Origin: an uncultured bacterium
GTDB lineage: Bacteria > Babelota > Babeliae > Babelales > Vermiphilaceae
Reading direction: 5' to 3'
Assembly (NCBI GenBank): GCA_963727255.1
Contig: CAVSFC010000001.1
Span: 14,454-78,453, forward strand
Length of the DNA stretch: 64,000 nt
A program made the translations under genes and the position numbers. This document shows positions 29,655 to 39,645 of the stretch, piece by piece. The notes beneath the pieces are model-generated. The model saw only the letters and a program-made list of their open reading frames with translations, did not search any database and was not told the DNA's origin. The first letter of the stretch is position 1, and every line of letters starts with the position of its first letter.

Positions 29655-30935
29655 ATGCACCAGAAAAAAATATCTCTTACAAGTGCCATCATCCTGACTA
29701 TAAATATGCTGGTCGGTTCAGCAATTTTAGCATTTCCCGGATTGATGACCGGTGTCGCAGGTAATGCAAGTTTTCTAGCATGGGGAATAGCCGCTCTCCT
29801 GTTATTGCCTTTAGTGCTGAGCGCTGTGGAATTGAGCCATCTATTTCCCGTCGCCGGCGGCTTTTATACATATGTAAAAGAAGGTTTGGGAAAAGAAGCA
29901 GGATACTTGGCGGGTTGGCTATTCGTTATCGGTTATATCTTTTCAATAGTTCTTGAAGGCCTGGCATTAAGAGAAATAGTAACTTCCTATTGTTTTAATA
30001 TCGTATTCCTAAATAACGCACTTACTTTTAACCTCATATTTGTAAGTCTCTTAATGCTCTTTAATGTGATAAGCCTTAAAGTAATGAGTGGATTTTTGAG
30101 CTTCTTTACATTCTGTAAAACATTGCCTCTCATCATCCTCATTTTGTTTATTCCATTTATACTAAATCCCAGTCTCTCTATTACGAGTGCTGAGCTTTCT
30201 TTGTTGCCTGGCTCGTTGCCCTTAGCAATTTTTGGGTACTTTGGTTTTGAATATTGCTGTAGCATTTCCCAGCATATCGAAAATAGCAAAAAGAATGGCC
30301 CGCGAGCAATTCTCATTGGATTTTTAGCTACCGCATTCATTTACATGCTTTTTCATTTCGGTCTTTTGAATCTTATGGGTGCTCAAAAACTGGCCGAATG
30401 TGGCGCTCCAGCCTATGCATCATTTCTGAAAATGCCAATTCCTTATTTGAAGGAATTTATCAATTACTTAATTCCTATTGCCTCTATTGTTGCAATTGGT
30501 GCAACTGCTATTGCGCTCCTTAATTCTAATGGAGAGATTTTATATGTCATGGCCCAAGAACGTCGTTTTTATAAATCTCACTTATTATCCAAAGTTAATA
30601 TTTACAATCGGCCTTATGTAACAATATTGCTGCAGGGACTAACGATTTTTATGATGATAACTTGTTTTCCTTCTATTCATGCTATTAATGGTTTGTGTAA
30701 TGTAGCATGTTTCTTAGGCTATCTACTCCCCTTTATTTCTTTATTAATTTTGCAAGGCCGAGCTGCTGCTTATAGAAAAACTACTTTGACGGTTTTGGCT
30801 ATTGTTATTACTTTGGGATTAATTTTTTATAATTGGTTCTTCATGGGTAATACGATGATTGAGCGATTACTGTATACTGCATTGCTCTGTGGAATTATTG
30901 GTAGCGGATTTTTGATTCGAAACCGCGAACGCTAA
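29655..30935 (+). CDS. APC family amino acid permease
   Basis: INMLVGSAIL, ELS..FP.AGGFY.YV, GFE; about 12 TM segments. Confidence 0.9.
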   Translation: MHQKKISLTSAIILTINMLVGSAILAFPGLMTGVAGNASFLAWGIAALLLLPLVLSAVELSHLFPVAGGFYTYVKEGLGKEAGYLAGWLFVIGYIFSIVLEGLALREIVTSYCFNIVFLNNALTFNLIFVSLLMLFNVISLKVMSGFLSFFTFCKTLPLIILILFIPFILNPSLSITSAELSLLPGSLPLAIFGYFGFEYCCSISQHIENSKKNGPRAILIGFLATAFIYMLFHFGLLNLMGAQKLAECGAPAYASFLKMPIPYLKEFINYLIPIASIVAIGATAIALLNSNGEILYVMAQERRFYKSHLLSKVNIYNRPYVTILLQGLTIFMMITCFPSIHAINGLCNVACFLGYLLPFISLLILQGRAAAYRKTTLTVLAIVITLGLIFYNWFFMGNTMIERLLYTALLCGIIGSGFLIRNRER

Positions 30936-31816
30936 AGTTGCTTTTGTTGCGCTATTAGTTCGCGTGCTTCATCTTCTGAAAACCATTCTTCATGCTCAAC
31001 TAACTGCTTCATTTGCATCGTAGCAACTTCTTTATCCAGTTCGCCGGGCACAAATCGTGCGCCATTATAGTGAAATCCATAAAAAGGGATCGATCGTTTT
31101 TTCATTTCCTGCGCCACTGATTCTACGCGCTCCATACTATCATCAAAGAAAATCACTTTGTCTGGCTTTAATGCAGTGCGATCAAGAAATGTGCCGAGTA
31201 CTTGGCCTTTAGGAGATCCGGATGCAATTAAAATACCGCGATATAATATCGGATGTTGTTCTTTTTTTGCCGGCAACTCATTAAAAACCATATCGGGAAA
31301 GCCGGCCTTGGTAAAATCAAGCCCGAGCTTTTTTAAGGTGGTATAGCGCCATTCAGGCAATGAAGAAATAGCAAAATCTGAACCGGACATGAGCGAGGTT
31401 AATACCATCACTTTCACGCTACGATTTTGCAAGTCAGCAATAGTTTGCATAATGCTCGGCTCAACCAGCATTGGAGTCTCTTGTTGCTTCCAAATACTCC
31501 AATAATACCCTTCTGGTTTTTTAGCATCCTGAAAGATGGTTTTTTGCGTCTCTTTGAGCCATTGAGTGTTATCTTCTATTACTTTGACATGAAATACGGC
31601 ACTTGAAGGCACATAGAGCACTTCACGTACATCAAAAAGCACCAAACTATTTGATGTTGCAGTATTAAGAGTATCTGTTGCTTTGGCAAAAGAATCGATA
31701 GATTTGATGGTATTAACCGTGGCAAAAAGCCTGATTTGATGCCCATAAAAAAGGCCGAGCCCTATGGTTCCAGCTATCAGGCTATAGATTAAAAGAAGCG
31801 ATTTGTTCATTTTCAT
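30932..31816 (-). CDS. DUF2608 family protein (variant motif I)
   Basis: LVLFDVREVL and IFFDD; signal peptide. Confidence 0.85.
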   Translation of the reverse strand: MKMNKSLLLIYSLIAGTIGLGLFYGHQIRLFATVNTIKSIDSFAKATDTLNTATSNSLVLFDVREVLYVPSSAVFHVKVIEDNTQWLKETQKTIFQDAKKPEGYYWSIWKQQETPMLVEPSIMQTIADLQNRSVKVMVLTSLMSGSDFAISSLPEWRYTTLKKLGLDFTKAGFPDMVFNELPAKKEQHPILYRGILIASGSPKGQVLGTFLDRTALKPDKVIFFDDSMERVESVAQEMKKRSIPFYGFHYNGARFVPGELDKEVATMQMKQLVEHEEWFSEDEARELIAQQKQL

Positions 31817-31957
31817 GGTATTTTCCCCTCATTTTTCAGATTAATGCCTTTTTCTAGCTCTGGCAATAGCCAAACCTGCAGGGTTCTTAGGGAGAAAAGA
31901 TAGGCGCGCCATGGCCCAATAAATATTTTCCACCTGTCAATTTTAGCAAGGTTTTCC

Positions 31958-31985
31958 TTGCCATTAAGCATTTTTAAGCTATTCT
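31958..31985 (+). promoter_or_regulatory. Putative sigma70 promoter of the secreted-gene cluster
   Basis: TTGCCA-16 bp-TATTCT; conserved in the duplicate copy near 43475-43502. Confidence 0.55.
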
Positions 31986-32038
31986 TAAAGTTATAGTATT
32001 GTACTTTTAAAAACTTAAAAATACCTGTGGAGGTTATT

Positions 32039-32473
32039 ATGAAAAAGAACCTGTTGCTTTTACTCAGCTTGGTTGCATTCGGTGGATCAGTTTCTGCTAT
32101 GGAAGAAGATTCTACTATGGAAGATGCCATGGAAAAATTTATGGAACATGCAACTGAAGGCAGAGAGGTAAAATTATCTCCTTTCACTCAACAAATGAAA
32201 AATCGGCTTAAACACTGCCCAGTTGGGGCTGATTCAAAATCAGAATGCGCAAGACTTGCAGCAATTACACTCAATAGCTGGATTTATGATATCAAGGGCA
32301 TGGCAGAGTGTGCTAATTTGGCTCGTTTAAATTTCGATGCACTCGATGAGAAATGCAGAAAAAGCGAAACCAATGGCGAGAGATATGCATGTACTTTGAA
32401 TACTCTCGATCGTAAACTTGAATTGCTTGATCTCTGCGAACGAGCACGCATAAAAATAACAAATAAGGATTAA
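32039..32473 (+). CDS. Secreted Cys-rich hypothetical protein
   Basis: GGAGG RBS; leader MKKNLLLLLSLVAFGGSVSA-ME; C..NGER..C shared with 43554. Confidence 0.8.
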   Translation: MKKNLLLLLSLVAFGGSVSAMEEDSTMEDAMEKFMEHATEGREVKLSPFTQQMKNRLKHCPVGADSKSECARLAAITLNSWIYDIKGMAECANLARLNFDALDEKCRKSETNGERYACTLNTLDRKLELLDLCERARIKITNKD

Positions 32474-32480
32474 GGCCATC

Positions 32481-33044
32481 ATGAAAAAATTATTTTTAGC
32501 ATTTTTAATGCTCGGCGCAATTGCGCCTTCAATGTATGCAAGCAAAACTTCCACTTTCAAAGGTACTGCAAAAATTGTAGGCGGTTTAGCATTAATGACT
32601 GCGTTGGGATTCGCAACTTTTAAATTTGCCACTGCTCTTATTGAAAATCGAGCAATTGCAAGCGGTAAATATCAAAGACTTGGTTATTCAGACACTGATA
32701 AATGTCCTCATTGGGCATACGCATTCGCGCCATTAGCGATAATCCCAGGATTTATTTTAGGTGGCGATTTAGTTAAACGAGGCTGGAGCGAGATTCCAAA
32801 ATATCCGTTTTTCTCATTAAAAGAGCAAGAATTAACTGATCAAATCAAAGCAGATATCTATAAAGTATTTACTCAAGAAATGTGGATTGTTTCAAAAGAT
32901 TTTAGCACGATGGCACAAGGCAATACTGAATTAGAACAAGATCTCAAAGATCTTTATGATGGAAACTTTGGATCGCAAGAAACTGCTCAAAAGAAACTTG
33001 ATGCATTTTGCAAGAAATGGAACCTTGAGAAAATTGAGATTTAA
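32481..33044 (+). CDS. Secreted/membrane hypothetical protein with shared C-terminal module
   Basis: Signal peptide, two hydrophobic segments, C-terminus similar to 34531..34824. Confidence 0.75.
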   Translation: MKKLFLAFLMLGAIAPSMYASKTSTFKGTAKIVGGLALMTALGFATFKFATALIENRAIASGKYQRLGYSDTDKCPHWAYAFAPLAIIPGFILGGDLVKRGWSEIPKYPFFSLKEQELTDQIKADIYKVFTQEMWIVSKDFSTMAQGNTELEQDLKDLYDGNFGSQETAQKKLDAFCKKWNLEKIEI

Positions 33045-33073
33045 AGACCTATAAAAAAATGGAGACTTTTTTT

Positions 33074-34431
33074 ATGTATTTTAGGCGACTTTTTCACTAT
33101 TTATTTATAACGGCATTTTCATTTTCCGGTGTAGCAAATGCAATGCAATCATTGCGATTTTCAGCGCGCACAACGTCAGTTACGCATCGATCAATGGCAG
33201 CTTCAGTAGCCATTCGTAACATGAAAAGCTCTGCTTCCAAATCAAATACGCATCTGAAAATACAATTTTTTTTGGATCGCATGATCGCCAATCAAAAAAA
33301 AATTATTATCATCCTTATAATTCATTTTCATCCTTTAGTAAAAATACCTCCCAAATATCAGCTGAAAATTTTGGTTTATCGTGGAGGATTAAAGCGGCGG
33401 CATTATTAGGGTTAGGATTAGGGTTAGCGTGGTTTTTGTCTGATTCAGATAATGATGAAAAAGTTGAACAAACACAAACAACTTATTCGACAATGAATCT
33501 TTTTTGGATAAATAAGAAATTAGACGAGAATCAACGTTATATCTATCCTTCAAAAGATGAACAGGCACTATTCAATGATTTTTTAAAGAATATTTTTATG
33601 TGGGCAGAAGGTCTGGATAAAAATATTCCTGTTCATGTGTGGTTTGATAGTCAATTGACACCAAAAGCTGCTGTTGTTAACACACAAGCTCTCATTGATA
33701 AATACATGAAATTTCGTGCTCAAAAAGCGCCTATTATTCTTCAAGATATTCGAGACCTGCCTGAGGTTATACAACATCCTGAAGTATTTTCCGATAAAAC
33801 ACCCGTATATTTTAGGGTAGACCTTCTTCGAGTAATTGCGGCCTATAATACTATTACTACTCATAATACATCCAATTTTGTGTACGCAGATCTTGATATG
33901 GAACCTCTACCTCAAAAAGATCTTTTTGATGATGAAACTAAGCAAAACCTTAAACAATATGGAATGATCTTAGCAAAGGCTCATGGTTTGAAATATGAAA
34001 ATGGTTTTTTCATTCTCAGTCAGCATAATAATAATATGTTAGAAGCTGTTAAATTTGCATTGATAGACTTAAATATTCAACGAGCCTACAATGCGTTAAA
34101 TGATGATTTTTACAACTCATCAAATCGGCGTGATCGAACTGCTATGAAGCCATTACAACAAATTGTATATGACAGTTATGGTAATATGTTTAAATACTTT
34201 TTTCATTTAAGTGGTGAAGGTGTAGTAAAAGTATATGATAATTCAGCAGGTAATTGGAGTCTGGTTCCTTATGATAAAGAAGCAAATGGATTAAAGCCGT
34301 TTGGATTAAAACATCTAGAATATCTTGAATTCGAAGGAAAATCTTCTAGAATTTTAGGAGAACGCTGGGCACCACGAGTACCGACAAAAAAAGTAAAGTT
34401 GCCCCCTGCTGAACATAAGTATGATGTTTAG
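33074..34431 (+). pseudogene. Frameshifted secreted GT-A (DxD) glycosyltransferase
   Basis: The signal-bearing frame from 33074 overlaps a frame open from 33220 to 34431 (TM helix, VWFDS, FRVDLLR, YADLD); T8 and A9 runs lie in the overlap. Confidence 0.7.
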
Positions 34432-34530
34432 CAATAGGGCCACAGGGTAAAAAAAATCTTCTGCATCGGCTGGAAGGCATTATTAAATCAAAAACTGTTT
34501 TATAGAAAAAAACGTAATTAAGAGATTAAC

Positions 34531-34824
34531 ATGAAAAAATTACTTCTAGCTCTCACTTTATTGAGCACAATCGTAGTCCAAGCCTATGATTACAATATTG
34601 ATAAAGCAGCTTTATTCGCAGCCATCAAAGCAGATATTTATAGAGTATTCACTCAAGAAATGTGGATTTCATCAAAAGATTTTGCAGCAATGGCTCAGGG
34701 CAATACTGAATTAGAAAATGATCTCAAAGATCTTTATGCGAGCTTTGGATCTCAAGAAGTTGCTCAAAAGAAACTTAATGCATTTTGCAAGAAATCGGAT
34801 CTCGAGAAAATTGGCATAGGTTAA
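34531..34824 (+). CDS. Small secreted protein made of the shared C-terminal module
   Basis: Signal VQA; IKADIYRVFTQEMW..MAQGNTELE. Confidence 0.75.
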   Translation: MKKLLLALTLLSTIVVQAYDYNIDKAALFAAIKADIYRVFTQEMWISSKDFAAMAQGNTELENDLKDLYASFGSQEVAQKKLNAFCKKSDLEKIGIG

Positions 34825-34839
34825 AAGTGAAAGTTCATT

Positions 34840-35373
34840 ATGAATAAAGAGATCAAAAGAATCGCTATCATTGGCAATGCCGGGTCGGGTAAATCAACCC
34901 TCTCGCAAAAACTTCACAAGATTACCAATCTGCCAATCTATTACCTTGACCAATATTTCTGGAAACCAGGTTGGGTGAGAACTGATCCGGATGAATATAA
35001 AAGCGTGCATGATGTCATCTGCGATAAAGATGCATGGATTATTGATGGCATTAACTTGCGGGTGATGGAATATCGGATACAAAGAGCTGATATGATCATA
35101 TTTCTCGATGTGCCGCGCTATCTTTGTTTTTATCGAATTTTTAAACGCACTTTTAAAAATTATGGCAAAGAGACGACGAGTAGCCCGCAGGGTTGCCCCG
35201 AGCGATTTAACTGGGAATTTATAAAATTCCTCAAATGGGTCTGGGATTTTAAAAAGAAATATCCGGCAGCAGTAAAAGCGTTACTCAAAAAATACTCTGA
35301 TGACAAGCAGATTTATATTTTTAGATCACAACAAGAAGTTGATGCGTTTATTAAGAAAATTAGGAAACAATGA
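34840..35373 (+). CDS. FlaR/topology-modulation-like P-loop kinase
   Basis: IIGNAGSGKSTL, LDQYFWKPGW, WIIDG and GCPER motifs. Confidence 0.88.
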   Translation: MNKEIKRIAIIGNAGSGKSTLSQKLHKITNLPIYYLDQYFWKPGWVRTDPDEYKSVHDVICDKDAWIIDGINLRVMEYRIQRADMIIFLDVPRYLCFYRIFKRTFKNYGKETTSSPQGCPERFNWEFIKFLKWVWDFKKKYPAAVKALLKKYSDDKQIYIFRSQQEVDAFIKKIRKQ

Positions 35374-36116
35374 ACTCATATTTTTTACTTCTCCAGTATT
35401 TACTCTATATGAATCCAGAAATTGGGCTCCCTACCGATCATAAAACTGAACATTGTTTAGTTTTCAATAGTGGTAGCTTAATCAGATCCTGCAACCGAGT
35501 ATGCAATGAAAGCGTTCCAACTGATTTTGAAGTTACCGAAATCAAATCCCATTTTGGCACATTACCTTTTACCTGGGCAGTAGATACTACTGATAATCAA
35601 ACCATTGCAGTATTAAAACATAATAATTTGCATGCAGTCGGATCATTCCCTGCCATGATTCTTGATTTGAGAGATATCGAACCAGTCGATTACGGTAATG
35701 AAATTGCCATAAAAGAAATTACTCCTGAGAGCAACGAACGGCTCAAATGGATTGAGATTGTTTCTACTTCTTTTAATGTTTCGCCCAGTGAATTAACAAG
35801 ACTTCTCGATTTATTCATAGCTAAACTTTCTCCAAGTGCTCTACGATTATATGTAGCCTATTATAACGGCCAAGCCGCTGCAGCGAGTATGGCACTGCAA
35901 CATGGCCAGATCATAGCCCTGCATTGGATTGCAACGATCCCCGAATTTCGCAATAAGGGACTGGGATTTGCCGTTACCCATAAGCCATTAGTTGATTCAA
36001 AAGCCAATGGGGATGAGCAAGCACTATTATTAGCATCTGTAATGGGTAAACCGGTATATGATCGAATCGGCTTTGAGCAGTATGCTGTTTATACTATGTA
36101 TGCGCCGCACGAGTAG
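35370..36116 (+). CDS. GNAT family acetyltransferase
   Basis: IATIPEFRNKGLG and LAS.MG.PVY.RIGF motifs. Confidence 0.85.
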   Translation: MNSYFLLLQYLLYMNPEIGLPTDHKTEHCLVFNSGSLIRSCNRVCNESVPTDFEVTEIKSHFGTLPFTWAVDTTDNQTIAVLKHNNLHAVGSFPAMILDLRDIEPVDYGNEIAIKEITPESNERLKWIEIVSTSFNVSPSELTRLLDLFIAKLSPSALRLYVAYYNGQAAAASMALQHGQIIALHWIATIPEFRNKGLGFAVTHKPLVDSKANGDEQALLLASVMGKPVYDRIGFEQYAVYTMYAPHE

Positions 36117-36152
36117 CATATTTTATATTTGAAATTATTAAAAAAATACATA

Positions 36153-36181
36153 TTGACATTTCCCCCTAATTCAAATATTCT
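36153..36181 (+). promoter_or_regulatory. Putative sigma70 promoter
   Basis: TTGACA-17 bp-TATTCT upstream of 36241. Confidence 0.6.
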
Positions 36182-36240
36182 CTAAATACTGTTATTAATC
36201 CCAAGTTTGGGCGGAAATCATCAATTTTTGGAGTCATTCA

Positions 36241-37050
36241 ATGCAATTTTCTTTTTCAAAAAGCTATTCACTTCTTTTTTTATTACTCTGCGTTGGCAAT
36301 GCAAGTCATTCCATTACTACTATTTCATCACCTCTCAAAAAAGCACTTACTGAGCAAAAAAATAGAGATTTATTTTTTGCGATATTAGACGATAAACCCA
36401 ACACAAAAACCATTGAAATGCTGTTAAAGCAAGGCGCCAATCCCAATGCAAAATCATGGGACGGAACTGAAACGCCAGTATTAATCGCAGCAGTTCTATC
36501 CGGAAATGAAGCGGTTGTTGCATTATTGCTTGCTCACGGTGCTGATATTAATGGGATAGATAAAGATGGAAATTCTGCTTTAATGTATGCAATGGAGCAT
36601 AATAATATAAGTCTTATGAAACTTTTACTAAAAAAAGGAATAGCTCTAAACATTGAAACTGCTGCATTCATGCGTGCGATTTTTCATGGCAAAGAAGAAG
36701 CAGTCCGTTTATTTATTGCCAATGGAATTGATATAAATGCCAAAGATGAGGACTTATCAACCCCATTAATGATAGCTGTTACTTTAAATCATCTAACTAT
36801 TGCTCAATTGCTCATAAACAATGGTGCAAAGGTTAATGAAAAATATACTGACGATAAATGCAAAAATGTTTATATTTCCCCTTTATTAGTCGCTATTTTA
36901 AACAGAAATCCTGCAATGGTACAATTACTCATAGAGAATGGAGCTGATAAAGCCGCGATTTATCAAGATGGGAAAACTGATGGTAAAACTGCTTTAGATT
37001 TTGCAATCGAACAAGGCAACAATGATATTATTGCCTTGTTAAAAGCCTAA
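36241..37050 (+). CDS. Secreted ankyrin-repeat protein
   Basis: Repeats LLAHGADIN, GNSALMYA, STPLMIA and GKTALDFA; signal peptide. Confidence 0.93.
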   Translation: MQFSFSKSYSLLFLLLCVGNASHSITTISSPLKKALTEQKNRDLFFAILDDKPNTKTIEMLLKQGANPNAKSWDGTETPVLIAAVLSGNEAVVALLLAHGADINGIDKDGNSALMYAMEHNNISLMKLLLKKGIALNIETAAFMRAIFHGKEEAVRLFIANGIDINAKDEDLSTPLMIAVTLNHLTIAQLLINNGAKVNEKYTDDKCKNVYISPLLVAILNRNPAMVQLLIENGADKAAIYQDGKTDGKTALDFAIEQGNNDIIALLKA

Positions 37051-38207
37051 AGCGCATCATCATTAAGCTCGTAGATTCTTTGTTTAATTTCGTCAGCTTT
37101 AATCAAATCATTTTGTTCCATAGCTTCAGAAAGGCGTGAAAATTCGGTTGCCATGCAATATACATAAGCATGGCGAACTGTGAGCTTTTCTTCCGATTTC
37201 TGATTATAGGCATGAACCGCCAATGCCACCAACTCCATATCAATCAAATGCAAATACCTGAAATCATGATATGCCGTATCGATCGCCGCTGAAGTAAAAT
37301 CAATAATGCCGGATAGTTTTTTGATTTTTTGATCAATAAGAATGTTATCTGCATGCAAATCATTGTGAACCACCACTAATTTTTGCTCAGCAGCTACTAC
37401 GCGTTGATATTCAATAATAAATCGATCAAATAGTTCTTGAAGAGATTTATCAGTTAATGATGATGCAAGTTTTGCTTGTAATGCTTTTGGTCTTAAAGGC
37501 CAATCGGCATCAGTAAGCCGAGTGGTGGTAAAAGGCACTGCAATGTTTCGTGCAGCATCAAGGGGAATGCTTGTATGCAATTCACAAAGAAATTGCGCAA
37601 AATCATCAGCGAATTGATTTTTTTCAGCTGGAGTAAGCTGCATATATATTTCACGTGAAAGCGGCACTCCAGGAATTTTTTTATATCCAAAGGTATAATC
37701 ATCCTTTGAATAATAGATGACTTTTGGAATAGAAAAAGCAATTTTATTTTCAAGTGCTTTAAGAAGCTGGACTTCAACGCTCATATGTTTGCATACATCT
37801 AAGCTTTTGGGCAATCGAAAAATCCAAGTACCGTTTATCTCAATTATCTTATGCTCATCACCTTGTTTTTCATCGATAGTTTTAATAGAAAAATCCGGAA
37901 TAGTTTTCAGTAAAAAGGATATGATGAACTCAATTTTGAACTTATCCCATACTTTCATGAACTCTTGCCTGCTCCATCCCAATCTTGTGGAATAAATGCC
38001 CGATTTGGCCCATGGCTCAAAGTCATGAAAAATTGCTGCAAATATTTCCCTACAAAATGCCTGTTCTGCTTCATCAAGCTCAATGTGCGTGGCCTGATCA
38101 TTTTTGAATGCTTCGCCTTTTTTTAGAATACTTGTTGCTATTTTTTCATCTGCAGCATCTGCAAGTATGCTTTCTAGAATTGAAAATTCTTCAAATGATA
38201 GTTTCAT
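37047..38207 (-). CDS. APH-family phosphotransferase with N-terminal extension
   Basis: WIFRLP, VHNDLHADNIL, GIIDF. Confidence 0.88.
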   Translation of the reverse strand: MKLSFEEFSILESILADAADEKIATSILKKGEAFKNDQATHIELDEAEQAFCREIFAAIFHDFEPWAKSGIYSTRLGWSRQEFMKVWDKFKIEFIISFLLKTIPDFSIKTIDEKQGDEHKIIEINGTWIFRLPKSLDVCKHMSVEVQLLKALENKIAFSIPKVIYYSKDDYTFGYKKIPGVPLSREIYMQLTPAEKNQFADDFAQFLCELHTSIPLDAARNIAVPFTTTRLTDADWPLRPKALQAKLASSLTDKSLQELFDRFIIEYQRVVAAEQKLVVVHNDLHADNILIDQKIKKLSGIIDFTSAAIDTAYHDFRYLHLIDMELVALAVHAYNQKSEEKLTVRHAYVYCMATEFSRLSEAMEQNDLIKADEIKQRIYELNDDAL

Positions 38208-38329
38208 AATTGATTACCATTGTTTATCGAATTATAAGTTCCACACCAATTTAGCATTTTTTGCTAATTTTGATACTCTTAAGCAGGCAAAAAGCTTTTA
38301 CAATACCACTTTTTTAATAGGAAGCAGCG

Positions 38330-38968
38330 ATGACTAAAAAACTTTTATTCATATTATTACTGAGCACCAAGATGTACGGCTGTGCACGGTTTTTAACCGA
38401 GCAATGGGAAAAAGAACAAACACAATCTGAGCCAAGAAGTGGCCGGATGGATTGGTGGGCGCCACAAAATGAGTCGGCTGCGCAACAAATAAATCAAGCT
38501 CGAAAATGCGAAAAAGATACTGAAGAAAAGAATCAGAAATCAGCTCAAAACTCTACGGATAGCCTTGATCAAGCAACTATGAACAAACTTTTGCATGCAA
38601 CTGCAGCAGCAGGAAAAATTGATGCCGTCCAACATCTTCTAAAAATAGGAGCACCCATAAATGGACGTGATGAAGATGGATGGACTCCGTTGATGCAAGC
38701 AGCAAAAGGGAAGCATCTTGCAATTGTTAAAATGCTCCTCGATGCCGGTGCTGATCCGGATCTTTATTCTGATTATTGCAGAGCGTGCGATGCAGCTGCA
38801 TGGAGTGGTGATTATCCTCCGGGCTGGCGCGGACCAAGAGAACGCATAACTCCACCGCCACATAAATGTCGCCAAGTAACGACAGCCCCCGAAATTGCCA
38901 AATTTGGTCGACTTATTGAAATTGAAAATTTGTTTGAAGAATATAAAGCTCGCAGCACTAAAAATTAA
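38330..38968 (+). CDS. Secreted ankyrin-repeat protein
   Basis: LLHATAAAG..LLKIGAPIN and GWTPLMQAA..LLDAGADP. Confidence 0.88.
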   Translation: MTKKLLFILLLSTKMYGCARFLTEQWEKEQTQSEPRSGRMDWWAPQNESAAQQINQARKCEKDTEEKNQKSAQNSTDSLDQATMNKLLHATAAAGKIDAVQHLLKIGAPINGRDEDGWTPLMQAAKGKHLAIVKMLLDAGADPDLYSDYCRACDAAAWSGDYPPGWRGPRERITPPPHKCRQVTTAPEIAKFGRLIEIENLFEEYKARSTKN

Positions 38969-38982
38969 TAGAATGGAGCCTT

Positions 38983-39645
38983 ATGAATACCATCGAAATT
39001 GAACTGCGATATGAAATTGTTGATAAAAATCAGTTAACACAATTCTTAGCTCCTTTAAAATTCTTGCGAAGCAATCAAGATATCGATATTTATTATGATA
39101 ATGCCGATGCAATTCTCTATCAAAAAGGGATATTTATTCGCAATCGCAACAACAAGAAACTTGATATCAAATTTAATCGCGCGTGCTTAGATAACCCTGA
39201 TCTTGCAATTCAAGATTACTGTGAAGAGCATAGCTTTGCATTGCCATTGCAAGAAAAAAATCTTTCTAGAATTAATGAATTACTAGTGAGCCTACAATTA
39301 CAACCATCACCAATTGCAGATCTTGAGGAACTTAAAAAAACCAACAATTTTTTTGAGCATTATCGAGTTGATAAAGTACGCACTTCATACTCGCATAATT
39401 CATTCACGATTGCCGTTGATGAAGTTGTCGATTTAGGAACTTTTCTTGAAATCGAACTTATGGCGCAAGATACGCAAAATCTTGAAGAAGTAAAACAAGA
39501 AATGGTACTGTTTATTGCTGGCCTCAAGTTGCGGCCATTAAGAACAGGATATGGCACCTTACTTTTGCGCAAGAAAGATTTTAAGCATTATTTGCTCGGA
39601 AGATTTATTTTAGAAGAAGATAAAGTATGTAGGAAAACGCTATGA
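38983..39645 (+). CDS. CYTH-domain protein (class IV adenylate cyclase / triphosphatase-like)
   Basis: IEIELRY, DIYYD, VDKVR, DEV..LG.FLEIE. Confidence 0.88.
   Translation: MNTIEIELRYEIVDKNQLTQFLAPLKFLRSNQDIDIYYDNADAILYQKGIFIRNRNNKKLDIKFNRACLDNPDLAIQDYCEEHSFALPLQEKNLSRINELLVSLQLQPSPIADLEELKKTNNFFEHYRVDKVRTSYSHNSFTIAVDEVVDLGTFLEIELMAQDTQNLEEVKQEMVLFIAGLKLRPLRTGYGTLLLRKKDFKHYLLGRFILEEDKVCRKTL

Noticed and set aside
33403..33428. TTAGGG telomere-like repeats
   Set aside because: Only about four imperfect units, explained by LLGLGLGLA codons of a TM helix.
38983..39645. CYTH plus NUDIX as a cyclic-nucleotide defence system
   Set aside because: No sensor or effector genes nearby; CYTH proteins are often simple triphosphatases.
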